From Pirellulales bacterium (GTDB taxonomy: Bacteria > Planctomycetota > Planctomycetia > Pirellulales > JAICIG01), in the NCBI GenBank assembly GCA_035533075.1, contig DATLUO010000088.1:4139-68138 (forward strand): DNA of 64,000 nucleotides, written 5' to 3'. The notes beneath the pieces were generated by a model. That model had not been told where the DNA came from. It worked only from the letters and a program-made list of their open reading frames with translations, and did no database searches. Position numbers and translations under genes: made by a program. How positions within the stretch are numbered: the stretch's first letter is position 1; each line of letters opens with the position of its first letter. This document shows positions 8,532 to 16,853 of the stretch, piece after piece.

Positions 8532-10088
8532 ATGAACGCCACTTCGCGAATCCAGACAATCTGGGCAATCAGCGGTGCGCTGGCTTTTTTGGTCCTGGGA
8601 ACGGCCGGGCCCGCGTTCGGACAAAAGTTTGCCCGTGCTCGGGCGGTCGTCGCGGACGACACCGATGCGGGAATGCAGGTTCCGGAGCGCGTCGCACCGC
8701 AGTCCAGCATCAAGTCGCGAGCGGCTGGCCCGCGGACGAATGCCTCGCCCCGACCGACGACGGGATTCTCCTATGGCTATGCGCCGCGGGCGTTTCCGGC
8801 ACGGTCGGCATCGCGGCCGGTGGCGCCGGGCTGGCAAACGGTACACGGCCGCAGCCCAGGTGCCCGCGGGCGAGTGATCCGCCACCGGCCGGGCGAGCCG
8901 ATCGACCCGCAGGAAGGCGACATTATCTACGAAGAGCCGACGTTCGGCCCGCAGTTTACGGCCACCAAGGTCAGGTCGTCGCTGCTTAAGCAGGGCGGAC
9001 GCCGCGTCGACGTCGAAGCGATCGGCCCTGGAGAGCCCACCCTCGCGCCCGGCTCGCGGACACTCGTCAGTCCCGAGGGCAGCGAGGCGCCCGTTGCCGA
9101 CGGCGAAATCATTGAAGACGGCACCGTTATCGACGACGACGGCGAGATCATTTATGACGGCGATGGTTTCGCGCCGGATGAATGCGGCTGCGGCGATTGT
9201 GGGGACTGCAACTATCGCCAGTGGGGCCCTTACTATCCCGACGACGGCGGGCCGCATCATGCCGTTCCCTGCGACGGAATCTGCATTCCCCGGCGTTTCG
9301 TCGACGAGACGGCGATCTTCATTGGAACGCAGGGCTTTACCGGCCCGCTCGATTTGGGAACCAACGGCAACTTCGGCTATCACGAGGGCGTCAACTTCGC
9401 CGGGCATTTCGGCAGGCTGCTCGGCCTGGGATCGCTTGGTCTCGGCTACCAGGTCGGCGCCACCTTCTTGCAGAGCGACCTGAACGGCAACATGGTGAAT
9501 GGGGTGCAGACGAAGGAGCGCGACCAGCAGTTCTTGACCGCGGGACTCTTCCGCCGCGCCCACGACGGTTATGGATTGCAGGGCGGCGCCGTCTACGACT
9601 ACATGCACGACAACTACTACGTCAAATACAGCGTCGGCCAAATCCGCGCGGAGCTCAGCTACCTGACGCTGCCGGGCCACGAGTTTGGCTTCTGGGGGGC
9701 CTACAGCATTCACGACGGGCACGCTCAACTCAACGGCGCGACCATCGGCTACCAGACCATCAACATGTACAACGGCTTCTATCGCTACACCTTTCGCAAC
9801 GGCGCCCAAGGCCGGATGTGGGGCGGCGGCACCGACAGCAAGCAAGGAATCCTGGGCGCCGATTTCCGGTTGCCGCTCTCGAACCGTTGGGACCTGTGGG
9901 GCTGGTACAACTATCTGATCCCCAACAGTCAGGGCTTTGTCGGCGCGACGCAGCAGGGCTGGAACCTGACGCTGAACCTCGTCTGGTATCCCGGCCGACG
10001 CGCTTGCGGCATTCACAACACGCCCTTCCGGGCACTCTTCGCGCCCGCCGACAACAACTGGCTGATCACGCGCCCCTCGGCGATGTAG
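8532..10088 (+). CDS. Hypothetical secreted protein with a Cys-rich segment and a beta-rich, porin-like C-terminal half
   Basis: Within ORF 8283..10088. The ATG at 8532 is preceded by GAGGAG and yields the signal peptide MNATSRIQTIWAISGALAFLVLGTAGPAFGQ. A CGCGDCGDC cluster is present. The C-terminal ~330 aa are rich in alternating G/Y/N/F stretches. The overlapping antisense ORF 8133..10385 is Arg/Ala low-complexity. Confidence 0.65.
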   Translation: MNATSRIQTIWAISGALAFLVLGTAGPAFGQKFARARAVVADDTDAGMQVPERVAPQSSIKSRAAGPRTNASPRPTTGFSYGYAPRAFPARSASRPVAPGWQTVHGRSPGARGRVIRHRPGEPIDPQEGDIIYEEPTFGPQFTATKVRSSLLKQGGRRVDVEAIGPGEPTLAPGSRTLVSPEGSEAPVADGEIIEDGTVIDDDGEIIYDGDGFAPDECGCGDCGDCNYRQWGPYYPDDGGPHHAVPCDGICIPRRFVDETAIFIGTQGFTGPLDLGTNGNFGYHEGVNFAGHFGRLLGLGSLGLGYQVGATFLQSDLNGNMVNGVQTKERDQQFLTAGLFRRAHDGYGLQGGAVYDYMHDNYYVKYSVGQIRAELSYLTLPGHEFGFWGAYSIHDGHAQLNGATIGYQTINMYNGFYRYTFRNGAQGRMWGGGTDSKQGILGADFRLPLSNRWDLWGWYNYLIPNSQGFVGATQQGWNLTLNLVWYPGRRACGIHNTPFRALFAPADNNWLITRPSAM

Positions 10089-10279
10089 CGAGGAAGCGAG
10101 GGAGGGAGAGACGGAGGGACGGAGAGAGAGGCGAAGCACAGCGGGTGCCATCAATCCCGCCTGGCTCGCCCTGCCGGGTCTTCCTTCCTCTTTCGCTCTC
10201 TTGCCACGTCTCTCCGTCCCTCCATCATCCCTCCGTCTCTCCGTCTCTCCGTCTCTCCGTCGGTCGCTCGCTCCCTCCC
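10089..10279. repeat. GA-rich/CT-rich imperfect inverted repeat directly after a stop codon
   Basis: The left arm is GAGGAAGCGAGGGAGGGAGAGACGGAGGGACGGAGAGAGAGG. The right arm contains CCCTCCGTCTCTCCGTCTCTCCGTCTCTCCGTCGGTCGCTCGCTCCCTCCC, which includes about 3.5 copies of TCCGTCTC. The sequence is related to the core of the 6728-6831 element. Confidence 0.8.
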
Positions 10280-10406
10280 GGTGCCATCCGCGATATAATG
10301 GTGTTGGCCGCGGTTCGCCACCCACCATTGACCGGCTGGCGAGCGGTCTCGTAAAATCACGGCACCAATTGGTTCTAGCAATCACCTAACGACAGAGGAC
10401 CACCGA

Positions 10407-12866
10407 ATGCGGCAGCTTTGTCGAATTATTTTGCGGCCGGCGATGCTCGGCTTCTTGCTCGCCTGCCAAACGGCGGCCTTGGCCCAGGTCGGTCAACTCG
10501 ATCTCGGCGGGAGCGCGGGTGCTGAGAACGGCCCGTTGGTGACGGTCTCCGCCGCCTTCGCGGTCGAGAAGGGCGGGCGGAAGGGCCAGTTGTCGGTCAC
10601 GGCCAGCATCGCCGACGAATGGCACATCTATTCCATCACTCAGCCCGCGGGCGGGCCGGTCCGCACCAAGATCAAGCTCGACCCCAACCCCGGCTTCAAG
10701 CTTGCCGGCGATTTCACGCCCTCCTCGCCGCCGAAGGCGCATGTCGACGATCTGGCATTCAACGGACTGACTCTCGAAGAGCATGCCGGGTCGGTGACGT
10801 GGACCGCGCCCATCGAACTGGCCGCAGACCTGGATCCCGCCAAGCTGAAGATCACCGGAAAGCTGTTTGCTCAGACCTGCCGGGCCGGCCAATGCCTCTT
10901 TCCACAGGACTTTCCGTTTGCCGCGAAATTCGGTCGTCCGTCAATCGCCGAAAAGGGGCGGTCGGCGGCGGCACCTGCGGACGCAGAGCGCAGTCCCGGC
11001 CAAGCCGGCAAGTTCGAACTGGACGCGATTACCTTCCGTGGCCATCTCTCGCCTAAGGCGGCGGTTCCAGGCGGAAAAGTGTCGCTGGTCATCACGGCCG
11101 AGCCCGCCAGCGGCTGGCACATCTATGAGTTGAGCGGCAAAACGTCGGCCGCAATCGGCGCGAAGCCGACCTTGCTTGTGCTCACGGAAACGTCGGGGCT
11201 GAAAAACGGCCCGGCCGTCGCCAGCCAAGAGCCGCTGCGCGATCCGCAGAACACGCGGCCGTTTTACGACGACGCCGTGACGTGGACCGTCGAGATGACC
11301 GTGCCGAAAGGAGCGAAGCCGGGGGCGATCAAGATTGCCGGCTTGCTCGGCTATCAAATCTGCACCACCAAGAGTTGCAAGAATCCCTCGGCCGTCGGTT
11401 TCGAGGCCAACATGGCGATTGGCGGCGCGGCCGTCGACGGCAAGATTCCGCTCAAGTTCACTTCCGATCACCGCTATCACGAAGTGGAGAAGCTGGCCAA
11501 AGATTCGGCTGCCAACGGCGGCGGCACCGGTGCGAGCCAGGGCGGAGGCAAGTCGACGGGCCTCAATCTCGACCAGATCAAGCCGGCCGGCAGCGGCGGC
11601 CAGCCGAGCTCGCTGGCCTATATGTTGGGGGTTGGCTTCCTCGGCGGCCTGATCTTGAACCTGATGCCCTGCGTGCTGCCGGTGATCGGCCTGAAGATTC
11701 TCTCGTTTCTGGAACAAAGCGGGCATAGTCACCGGCAGGCGTTCTTGCTTAACCTTTGGTATTCGCTGGGGATGTTGGCGGTGTTCATGGCGTTGGCCAC
11801 GCTGCCGGTCGTGTTTCGGCTTTGGTTCAACCAAAGCTTCGGTTGGGGGCAACAGTTCTCCTATGTCGGCTTCAACGTCACGCTGGCCGCCATCGTGTTC
11901 GTGATGGCCTTGAGCTTTCTGGGAGTTTGGGAAATCCCCATTCCGGGCTTCGTCGGCGGCGGAAAGGCCAACCAACTCGTGGCCCAAGAAGGTTTTTCGG
12001 GCGCCTTCGCCAAGGGCGCCATCACCACGGTCTTGGCGACCCCGTGCAGCGGACCTTTCCTGGGCACCGCGCTCGGCTTCGCCCTGGTGCAACCGCCGCT
12101 CGTGATTTACTTGATGTTCGCCAGCATCGGCCTGGGGATGGCAAGCCCCTATCTGCTGATCGGGGCCTTTCCGCAGCTCATGCGGTTTCTGCCCAAGCCC
12201 GGCGCCTGGATGGACACGTTCAAGCAGATCATGGGCTTCGTTTTGCTCGGCACCGTAGTCTACTTGATGACTTTGATCAATGTGGAGTATTTCATTCCCA
12301 CCCTGGCGTTGCTGTTCGGCCTTTGGGCCGGCTGCTGGTGGATCGGCCGGACACCGCTTTATGCCGAGCTTCCGGCGAAGCTGCGTGCCTGGGCGTGGGG
12401 ATCGGCTGTCTCAGCATGCATCGGGGTTTTCGCCTTTCAATGGCTCGGCCCGCAACCGGACGCAGTTCTTCCCTGGCGGCCCTTCTCGATTGGCGCGCTA
12501 GCGAAGCTTACGGCGGAGGGCAAAACGGTCATGCTCGATTTCACGGCGGACTGGTGCCCCACGTGCAAAGTATTGGAGCACACGGTGCTGAACACCTCGG
12601 AGACGAAGGCGTTCGTCGAGCGCCACGGGATTGTGCCGATGGTCGCCGATATGACTTCCAATCCCGAAGAGGAAGCGGCCTTTCGCGACAAACTCGGCTC
12701 CAAGTCCATCCCCCTGCTTGCCATTTTCCCCGCCGGGCGGCCGAACGAGCCGATCGTGTTGAAAGACGCTTACACCAAGGGAATGCTGTTCGAGAAGCTG
12801 AAAGAAGCCGGACCATCGAAAGGCCCCTCGCAGCTTGCCGATCTGACGGCCGCGGGCAGGCCGTGA
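10407..12866 (+). CDS. DsbD-like thiol:disulfide interchange protein (N-terminal periplasmic domains, CcdA-type membrane core, C-terminal thioredoxin)
   Basis: ORF 10407..12866. Signal peptide present. Membrane-core cysteines occur in MPCVLPVIGLKIL and ATPCSGPFLG. The C-terminal thioredoxin motif is DFTADWCPTCKVLE. Confidence 0.85.
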   Translation: MRQLCRIILRPAMLGFLLACQTAALAQVGQLDLGGSAGAENGPLVTVSAAFAVEKGGRKGQLSVTASIADEWHIYSITQPAGGPVRTKIKLDPNPGFKLAGDFTPSSPPKAHVDDLAFNGLTLEEHAGSVTWTAPIELAADLDPAKLKITGKLFAQTCRAGQCLFPQDFPFAAKFGRPSIAEKGRSAAAPADAERSPGQAGKFELDAITFRGHLSPKAAVPGGKVSLVITAEPASGWHIYELSGKTSAAIGAKPTLLVLTETSGLKNGPAVASQEPLRDPQNTRPFYDDAVTWTVEMTVPKGAKPGAIKIAGLLGYQICTTKSCKNPSAVGFEANMAIGGAAVDGKIPLKFTSDHRYHEVEKLAKDSAANGGGTGASQGGGKSTGLNLDQIKPAGSGGQPSSLAYMLGVGFLGGLILNLMPCVLPVIGLKILSFLEQSGHSHRQAFLLNLWYSLGMLAVFMALATLPVVFRLWFNQSFGWGQQFSYVGFNVTLAAIVFVMALSFLGVWEIPIPGFVGGGKANQLVAQEGFSGAFAKGAITTVLATPCSGPFLGTALGFALVQPPLVIYLMFASIGLGMASPYLLIGAFPQLMRFLPKPGAWMDTFKQIMGFVLLGTVVYLMTLINVEYFIPTLALLFGLWAGCWWIGRTPLYAELPAKLRAWAWGSAVSACIGVFAFQWLGPQPDAVLPWRPFSIGALAKLTAEGKTVMLDFTADWCPTCKVLEHTVLNTSETKAFVERHGIVPMVADMTSNPEEEAAFRDKLGSKSIPLLAIFPAGRPNEPIVLKDAYTKGMLFEKLKEAGPSKGPSQLADLTAAGRP

Positions 12867-12883
12867 AGCCGAGCGTCCGCAAT

Positions 12884-13984
12884 ATGAAGCTGGCTGAACG
12901 CATGGCGTATTTCGACAGTTCGGGCATCCGCAAGGTGTTCGATCTGGCGAGCAAGATGCGCAACCCGATCAATCTCTCCATCGGCCAGCCCGATTTCGAG
13001 GTGCCCGAAGCGGTCAAGCGGGCCGCCGTCGAGGCGATCGAGTCGAACAAGAACGGCTATGCCCTCACGCAAGGCATGCCCGTGCTGCGCGAGAAGCTGC
13101 AAGCCGCCGTCGATGCCGAATATGGCCATGGCGATCGCCGCGTGTTTGTCACCAGCGGCACCAGCGGCGGCCTGGTGCTGGCCCTGCTGGCACTGGTCGA
13201 CCCCGGCGACGAAGTGATCGTGTTCGATCCGTGCTTCGTGATGTATCCCTCACTGGTCAAGCTGGCCGGCGGGGTCTGCGTGTGGGTCGACACCTATCCC
13301 GATTTTCACGTCGATCTCGACCGCCTTCGCGCCGCGATCACGCCGCGCACAAAGGTGATCCTGTTCAACAGCCCCGGCAACCCGACGGGCGTGGTGGCCA
13401 CGGACACGGAGATCCGCGAGGTCGCGCGGTTGGCCGCCGAGCGAGGCATCGCGCTGGTGAGCGACGAGATTTACCGCGCCTTTTGCTACGACGTTCCGTT
13501 TGTTTCGCCGGCGACCTTCAACGCGGAAACGCTGGTGATCGACGGCTTCAGCAAGACGTATGGCGTCACGGGCTGGCGCGTGGGATTTGCCCACGGTACG
13601 CAAGCGGTGATCGACGCCATGCAGAAGATGCAGCAATACACGTTTGTCTGCGCGCCGCAGCCGGCCCAGTGGGCCTGCGCGGCGGCGATGGACGTCGACA
13701 TGTCGGCGTACATCGCCGACTACCGCCGTAAGCGCGATCGACTGCTGGCGGGCATCGGCGACCTGTACGAGGTGGTGACGCCCGGCGGAGCGTTCTATGC
13801 CTTTCCCAAAGTTCCCTGGGGAACGGCCGGCGAGTTCGTGGCCGAGGCGGTCCGCCGAGAGCTGCTGATCATTCCGGGCGACATTTTCAGCGCTCGCGAC
13901 ACCCACTTTCGCATTTCGTACGCGGCCAGCGACGCGACGATCGACCGGGGAGTGGACGTGTTGCGAGCGTTGTGCCGTGCCTAA
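12884..13984 (+). CDS. Class I/II pyridoxal-phosphate-dependent aminotransferase
   Basis: This is the 3' part of the read-through ORF 11756..13984. The ATG at 12884 gives MKLAERMAYFDSSGIRKVFDLA...SIGQPDF. The PLP-lysine motif is FSKTYGVTGWRVGF. Confidence 0.88.
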   Translation: MKLAERMAYFDSSGIRKVFDLASKMRNPINLSIGQPDFEVPEAVKRAAVEAIESNKNGYALTQGMPVLREKLQAAVDAEYGHGDRRVFVTSGTSGGLVLALLALVDPGDEVIVFDPCFVMYPSLVKLAGGVCVWVDTYPDFHVDLDRLRAAITPRTKVILFNSPGNPTGVVATDTEIREVARLAAERGIALVSDEIYRAFCYDVPFVSPATFNAETLVIDGFSKTYGVTGWRVGFAHGTQAVIDAMQKMQQYTFVCAPQPAQWACAAAMDVDMSAYIADYRRKRDRLLAGIGDLYEVVTPGGAFYAFPKVPWGTAGEFVAEAVRRELLIIPGDIFSARDTHFRISYAASDATIDRGVDVLRALCRA

Positions 13985-13995
13985 AAAGCCAAATC

Positions 13996-14253
13996 TTACG
14001 GCCACAAAACCAAGCATAGGTATTGACGTTCCGCTTGGGACGAGAAGTCCGGTTGATGCCGCACGACCTCGCCGAATTCCGCGATGGCGGTCCGGCAGTC
14101 GCCCGACTTCAAAGCAGCCGTCGCGTGCTCGTGGAGGCTGTCGAGCAGCTTGTCGGCTTTCGTTCGTATCGCCTTGAAGTCGGCCGCGACTACGATGCCG
14201 TGGAAGAAATCTGCATACTCCGCTGATGGCCCGAGTTCAATGGCCCTTGGGCT
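13996..14253 (-). pseudogene. Gene remnant without a start codon (helical, TPR-like sequence)
   Basis: The minus-strand frame is open for 85 codons (...AEYADFFHGIVVAADFKAIRTKADKLLDSLHEHATAALKSGDCRTAIAEFGEVVRHQPDF...) between a TGA at 14254-14256 and a TAA at 13996-13998. It contains no ATG, GTG or TTG, which is why it is missing from the ORF track. Confidence 0.35.
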
Positions 14254-14356
14254 TCAACACGGCAATTCCAGTCGTCGGTGTGTCATCGCCACCGGCGGGA
14301 GCGAAGGATAACCAATTTTACCAGGAACCGGATAGGTCCGCACTGCCGACCCCGAC

Positions 14357-14389
14357 GCGGCCCAATGTGCCAAATCAGTTGCCAGTGCC
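14357..14389 (+). repeat. 33-nt conserved box, copy 1 (GCGGCCCAATGTGCCAAATCAGTTGCCAGTGCC)
   Basis: Matches 15795-15827 at 30 of 33 positions. It lies about 30 nt upstream of ORF 14421. Confidence 0.8.
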
Positions 14390-14522
14390 TTGCGTTCAAG
14401 ACATAGCTCTGCTATGAACATTGTTTCATGTTGGGGGCCGCAAACGCCAGTCGCCGGAGGTCGCCGTGGCTAAGCTGCAGTTCAAGGCGGAGAAGATCGC
14501 TGAGTTTAGCGACTCGCGCGAA

Positions 14523-15188
14523 ATGCCGGCGTACAGCATTCCCCAAGCCGCGCACTACCTGCAGATGCCGGTGGCGACGTTGCGTTCGTGGGTTCTTGGC
14601 CGCGATTATCCGACCGGACGCGGAACGAAGCGATTTAGGCCGGTCATCCGCCTGCCAGACGAAGAAAGGCCGCTGCTCTCGTTCTTTAACCTCGCGGAGG
14701 CCCACGTGCTCAATGCCCTGCGGCGCGATCACAGCATCCGCCTGCAAGACGTCCGATCGGCGCTCAATTACATCCAAAACGAGTTGGGAGCGGCGCATCC
14801 GCTTCTCGACTACCGATTCGAAACGAACGGCGTCGCGTTGTTCGTGACCAAGCTCGGCAAACTGGTCGAGGCGTCGGCGGCCGGCCAACTCGTCATGCGA
14901 GAGGTGTTGGACGCTTATCTGAAGCGTCTCGAGCGCGAGGATCTCGTGGTGGCCAGGCTGTATCCTTTCACTCGGGCCCGAGAGACCGACGGCCCGAAAC
15001 TCGTGTTGATCGACCCGAGGCACTCCTTCGGGCGACCGGTGCTGGCGCGTGCGCGAATTGCCACGGCCGTCATTGCCGAGCGGTACAAGGCGGGCGAATC
15101 CATCGACGATCTGGCCGACGACTATGCCTGCGAAAGGCTCGAAGTCGAGGAAGCGCTCCGTTGCGAGCTCTCACTCGAAGCCGCCTGA
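14523..15188 (+). CDS. DUF433-type antitoxin-like protein with an N-terminal HTH-like region
   Basis: Within ORF 14421..15188. The C-terminus IDPRHSFGRPVLARARIATAVIAERYKAGESIDDLADDYACERLEVEEALRCE fits the DUF433 pattern. The start is uncertain: the ATG at 14523 (MPAYSIPQAAHYLQMPVATLRSW) or the upstream start at 14421. Confidence 0.7.
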   Translation: MPAYSIPQAAHYLQMPVATLRSWVLGRDYPTGRGTKRFRPVIRLPDEERPLLSFFNLAEAHVLNALRRDHSIRLQDVRSALNYIQNELGAAHPLLDYRFETNGVALFVTKLGKLVEASAAGQLVMREVLDAYLKRLEREDLVVARLYPFTRARETDGPKLVLIDPRHSFGRPVLARARIATAVIAERYKAGESIDDLADDYACERLEVEEALRCELSLEAA

Positions 15189-15600
15189 AGCCCCCACGTT
15201 CTTCCTCGATAAGTGTCTCGGGCGAAAGGTCGTGGCCGGCGCGCTTCGCTCCGCGGGCGAAAATGTCGAGGTGCTCACCGATCACTTCGACCCTGACGCG
15301 CCGGATGCTGAATGGCTGCGGGCGGTCGGGCAACGCGGCTGGGTTATTCTCACGAAAGACCGGCATATTCGCAGCAACCAGATCGAAATCGTCGAGTTGA
15401 TGGCGTCCGGCGCGCCATGTTTTACGCTCACGTCGGCAAATGCGACGGGCGAAGATATGGCCCGAGCGTTCGTTGCGGCTTTGCCTGTCATGAAGCGCTT
15501 CATGGGCAAATTCGCGCCGCCCTTCATCGCCACCATCAGCCTGTCAGGGGCCGTGTCGATGCTCTACACGCATGCCGCGCTCATCAAGCGTGTGAAATAG
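15124..15600 (+). CDS. DUF5615/PIN-like putative toxin, partner of the DUF433 protein
   Basis: Within ORF 15049..15600. The core is FFLDKCLGRKVVAGALRSAGENVEVLTDHF...GWVILTKDRHI. The only canonical start is the ATG at 15124, which gives a 65-nt out-of-frame overlap with the upstream gene. An ACG sits at 15196-15198, exactly where a start would be expected. Confidence 0.6.
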   Translation: MPAKGSKSRKRSVASSHSKPPEAPTFFLDKCLGRKVVAGALRSAGENVEVLTDHFDPDAPDAEWLRAVGQRGWVILTKDRHIRSNQIEIVELMASGAPCFTLTSANATGEDMARAFVAALPVMKRFMGKFAPPFIATISLSGAVSMLYTHAALIKRVK

Positions 15601-15641
15601 TGCCACAGCGGGCCCGTTTAACGCGGTGCATTGGCTCCTTT

Positions 15642-15745
15642 GTAGCCCGGAACGGGCGTGACTCGATAGCCCAGGGTGCAGCGCAGTGGAACCCTGGGTT
15701 ATCGGCCACAAATGACGACAAAGCCCCAACGGGGCGTGATTCTCG
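15642..15745 (-). repeat. REP-like element type 2, copy 1
   Basis: The reverse complement reads ...TCACGCCCCGTTGGGGC...CCCAGGGTTCCACTGCGCTGCACCCTGGGCTATCGAGTCACGCCCGTTCCGGGCTAC. This aligns with 25684-25795. It contains nested hairpins (CCCAGGG/CCCTGGG and GCCCC/GGGGC). Confidence 0.8.
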
Positions 15746-15794
15746 TCTGGCCCACTGCATGGCATGATAGAATTCGCTTGAGGCACGGCGTCGT

Positions 15795-15827
15795 GCGGCC
15801 CAATGTGCCGAATCGGTTGCCATTGCC
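15795..15827 (+). repeat. 33-nt conserved box, copy 2 (GCGGCCCAATGTGCCGAATCGGTTGCCATTGCC)
   Basis: Matches 14357-14389. It lies 13 nt upstream of ORF 15840. Confidence 0.8.
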
Positions 15828-15839
15828 GCGAAGCAAGCG

Positions 15840-16037
15840 TTGGAGCGTGATATGATCGCAATTACTGGGACGGAAGCAATCGCCGACTGGATTACCTGGT
15901 ACGACTCGCTGGAGCCGCTGGAGCTGTCGGCGGACGAAGAGCAGGCAATTGAAGCTTTCCGCCAACGTCAGAAGGAAGTTGGCAAGGCGGCCTTTGACGA
16001 GCGCGCCGACCGGCTGCGGAAAATATGGCAGAGATAA
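15840..16037 (+). CDS. Small hypothetical protein (65 aa, acidic, antitoxin-like)
   Basis: ORF 15840..16037 (MERDMIAITGTEAIADWITWYDSLEPLELSADEEQAIEAFRQRQKEV...). It is helical and acidic. It overlaps the next ATG (16025) by 13 nt. No family recognised. Confidence 0.4.
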   Translation: MERDMIAITGTEAIADWITWYDSLEPLELSADEEQAIEAFRQRQKEVGKAAFDERADRLRKIWQR

Positions 16038-16173
16038 CGCCGCAATACACGACCAATGCCGATAAGATTCTCCGCGGGGCAATGGTGCAAGACGGCTCGG
16101 TGGCTGGCGTGCTCGAAAAGGTGAACGTTCACGAGCGTTGCGAGTTCGTTCTTTACCCGCCGATCCCCAGGCC

Positions 16174-16428
16174 ATGCCGTCACGTGTGTTTTTCCCGAGA
16201 GCATGCTGCCGCAGGTTCGCTGGGGCGATCAAGCGGAACGTCACGGTCCGCGGGCCCGTGTACTACTTCGCCGACCAGCCCTTTCCCAAGCTCGTGTATG
16301 TAAGGGAGCTGGAAATCCATCCCTGCGACGACGAGCTGCCTTCTCTCGGCGGCCTGCGCGGGCTGGCCCCCGGCTCGACGGGCGATCTGTCGGCCGTCGA
16401 TTTTGTCAGGTCGCTGCGCCATGACTAA
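16174..16428 (+). CDS. Putative VapB-like antitoxin (only its C-terminal part is recognisable)
   Basis: Within ORF 16138..16428. The C-terminus ...LGGLRGLAPGSTGDLSAVDFVRSLRHD ends in the overlap ATGACTAA with a downstream MTNDGKP... start. The same 3' end recurs at 17466-17638, in front of a PIN fragment. The N-terminal frame and start are uncertain. Confidence 0.35.
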   Translation: MPSRVFFPRACCRRFAGAIKRNVTVRGPVYYFADQPFPKLVYVRELEIHPCDDELPSLGGLRGLAPGSTGDLSAVDFVRSLRHD

Positions 16429-16441
16429 CGATGGCAAGCCG
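16251..16441 (+). repeat. 191-bp direct repeat, copy 1 (antitoxin 3' end plus the first 7 codons of a PIN gene)
   Basis: Aligns with 17462-17652 without large gaps, roughly 85-90% identical by eye. Both copies end in CGCCATGACTAACGATGGCAAGCCG. Confidence 0.85.
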
Positions 16442-16469
16442 CTACGGGATAACGGTCCGACTTCTGGCA

Positions 16470-16853
16470 CTAGCCAAGCGCTGGTGCGCGGACGACCGAT
16501 GTCAGGGAGAGAAGTTGCTGGGCCCGTCGCTTCCGTTCGCCTTTCGGCAGGTCGCAATAGACGTTGGCATGCGCGAGATTCGCAGGGAAGTTTTCGTCCC
16601 TCTCGATCCTTGCATCAAAGCCAAGCTGGCGCGCGGGCCCCGACTCGAATTGCACCATCCCGCTCCCGGATCGAAACCGCGTGAGCGTCTGCTCCGACGT
16701 TGCCAGCGAGGCCACGTCGACCGAGAACACGGGAAACGCGAACGCCGCCGAAGACACGCGGTTCTCCGCCGCGACCCACCAGTCGCGCGACGTGATCGCG
16801 CGGCTTAGAGTTTCATTCGCCGGCACCTCCGGTCCGCGCGCGGCGTCAGACAT
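16470..16853 (-). CDS. Hypothetical 127-aa protein, downstream partner in a two-gene module (possible toxin)
   Basis: ORF 16470..16853. Its ATG overlaps the upstream stop within ATGTCTGA. The sequence is protein-like (...VSSAAFAFPVFSVDVASLATSEQTLTRFRSGSGMVQFESGPARQLGFDARIERDENFPANLAHANVY...). No family recognised. Confidence 0.55.
   Translation of the reverse strand: MSDAARGPEVPANETLSRAITSRDWWVAAENRVSSAAFAFPVFSVDVASLATSEQTLTRFRSGSGMVQFESGPARQLGFDARIERDENFPANLAHANVYCDLPKGERKRRAQQLLSLTSVVRAPALG

Noticed and set aside
8133-10385. 750-aa minus-strand ORF
   Set aside because: It lies antisense to the 8532..10088 gene. Its translation is Arg/Ala/Gly low-complexity and partly derives from the GA-rich repeat (RRRDGETERRRDDGGTERR). 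This is a typical high-GC shadow ORF.
14023-14226. Plus-strand 67-aa ORF between the aminotransferase and the DUF433 gene
   Set aside because: The translation is Arg-rich and unconvincing. The opposite strand gives a much more protein-like but startless frame, which I report as a remnant instead.
14254-14420. The missing C-terminal half of the truncated kinase might lie at the left edge of the island
   Set aside because: I translated all minus-strand frames of 13996-14420. None shows the kinase subdomain VIII-XI signatures (PEQ, D.WS.G, the invariant Arg), so a simple single-insertion model is not supported.
16025-16303. 92-aa ORF (MAEITPQYTTNADKILRG...)
   Set aside because: The first ~50 residues look plausible, but the rest (…SLGRSSGTSRSAGPCTTSPTSPFPSS) is low-complexity and overlaps the frame that carries the conserved antitoxin C-terminus. 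It may be the 5' half of a frameshifted gene. I cannot decide from the sequence alone.
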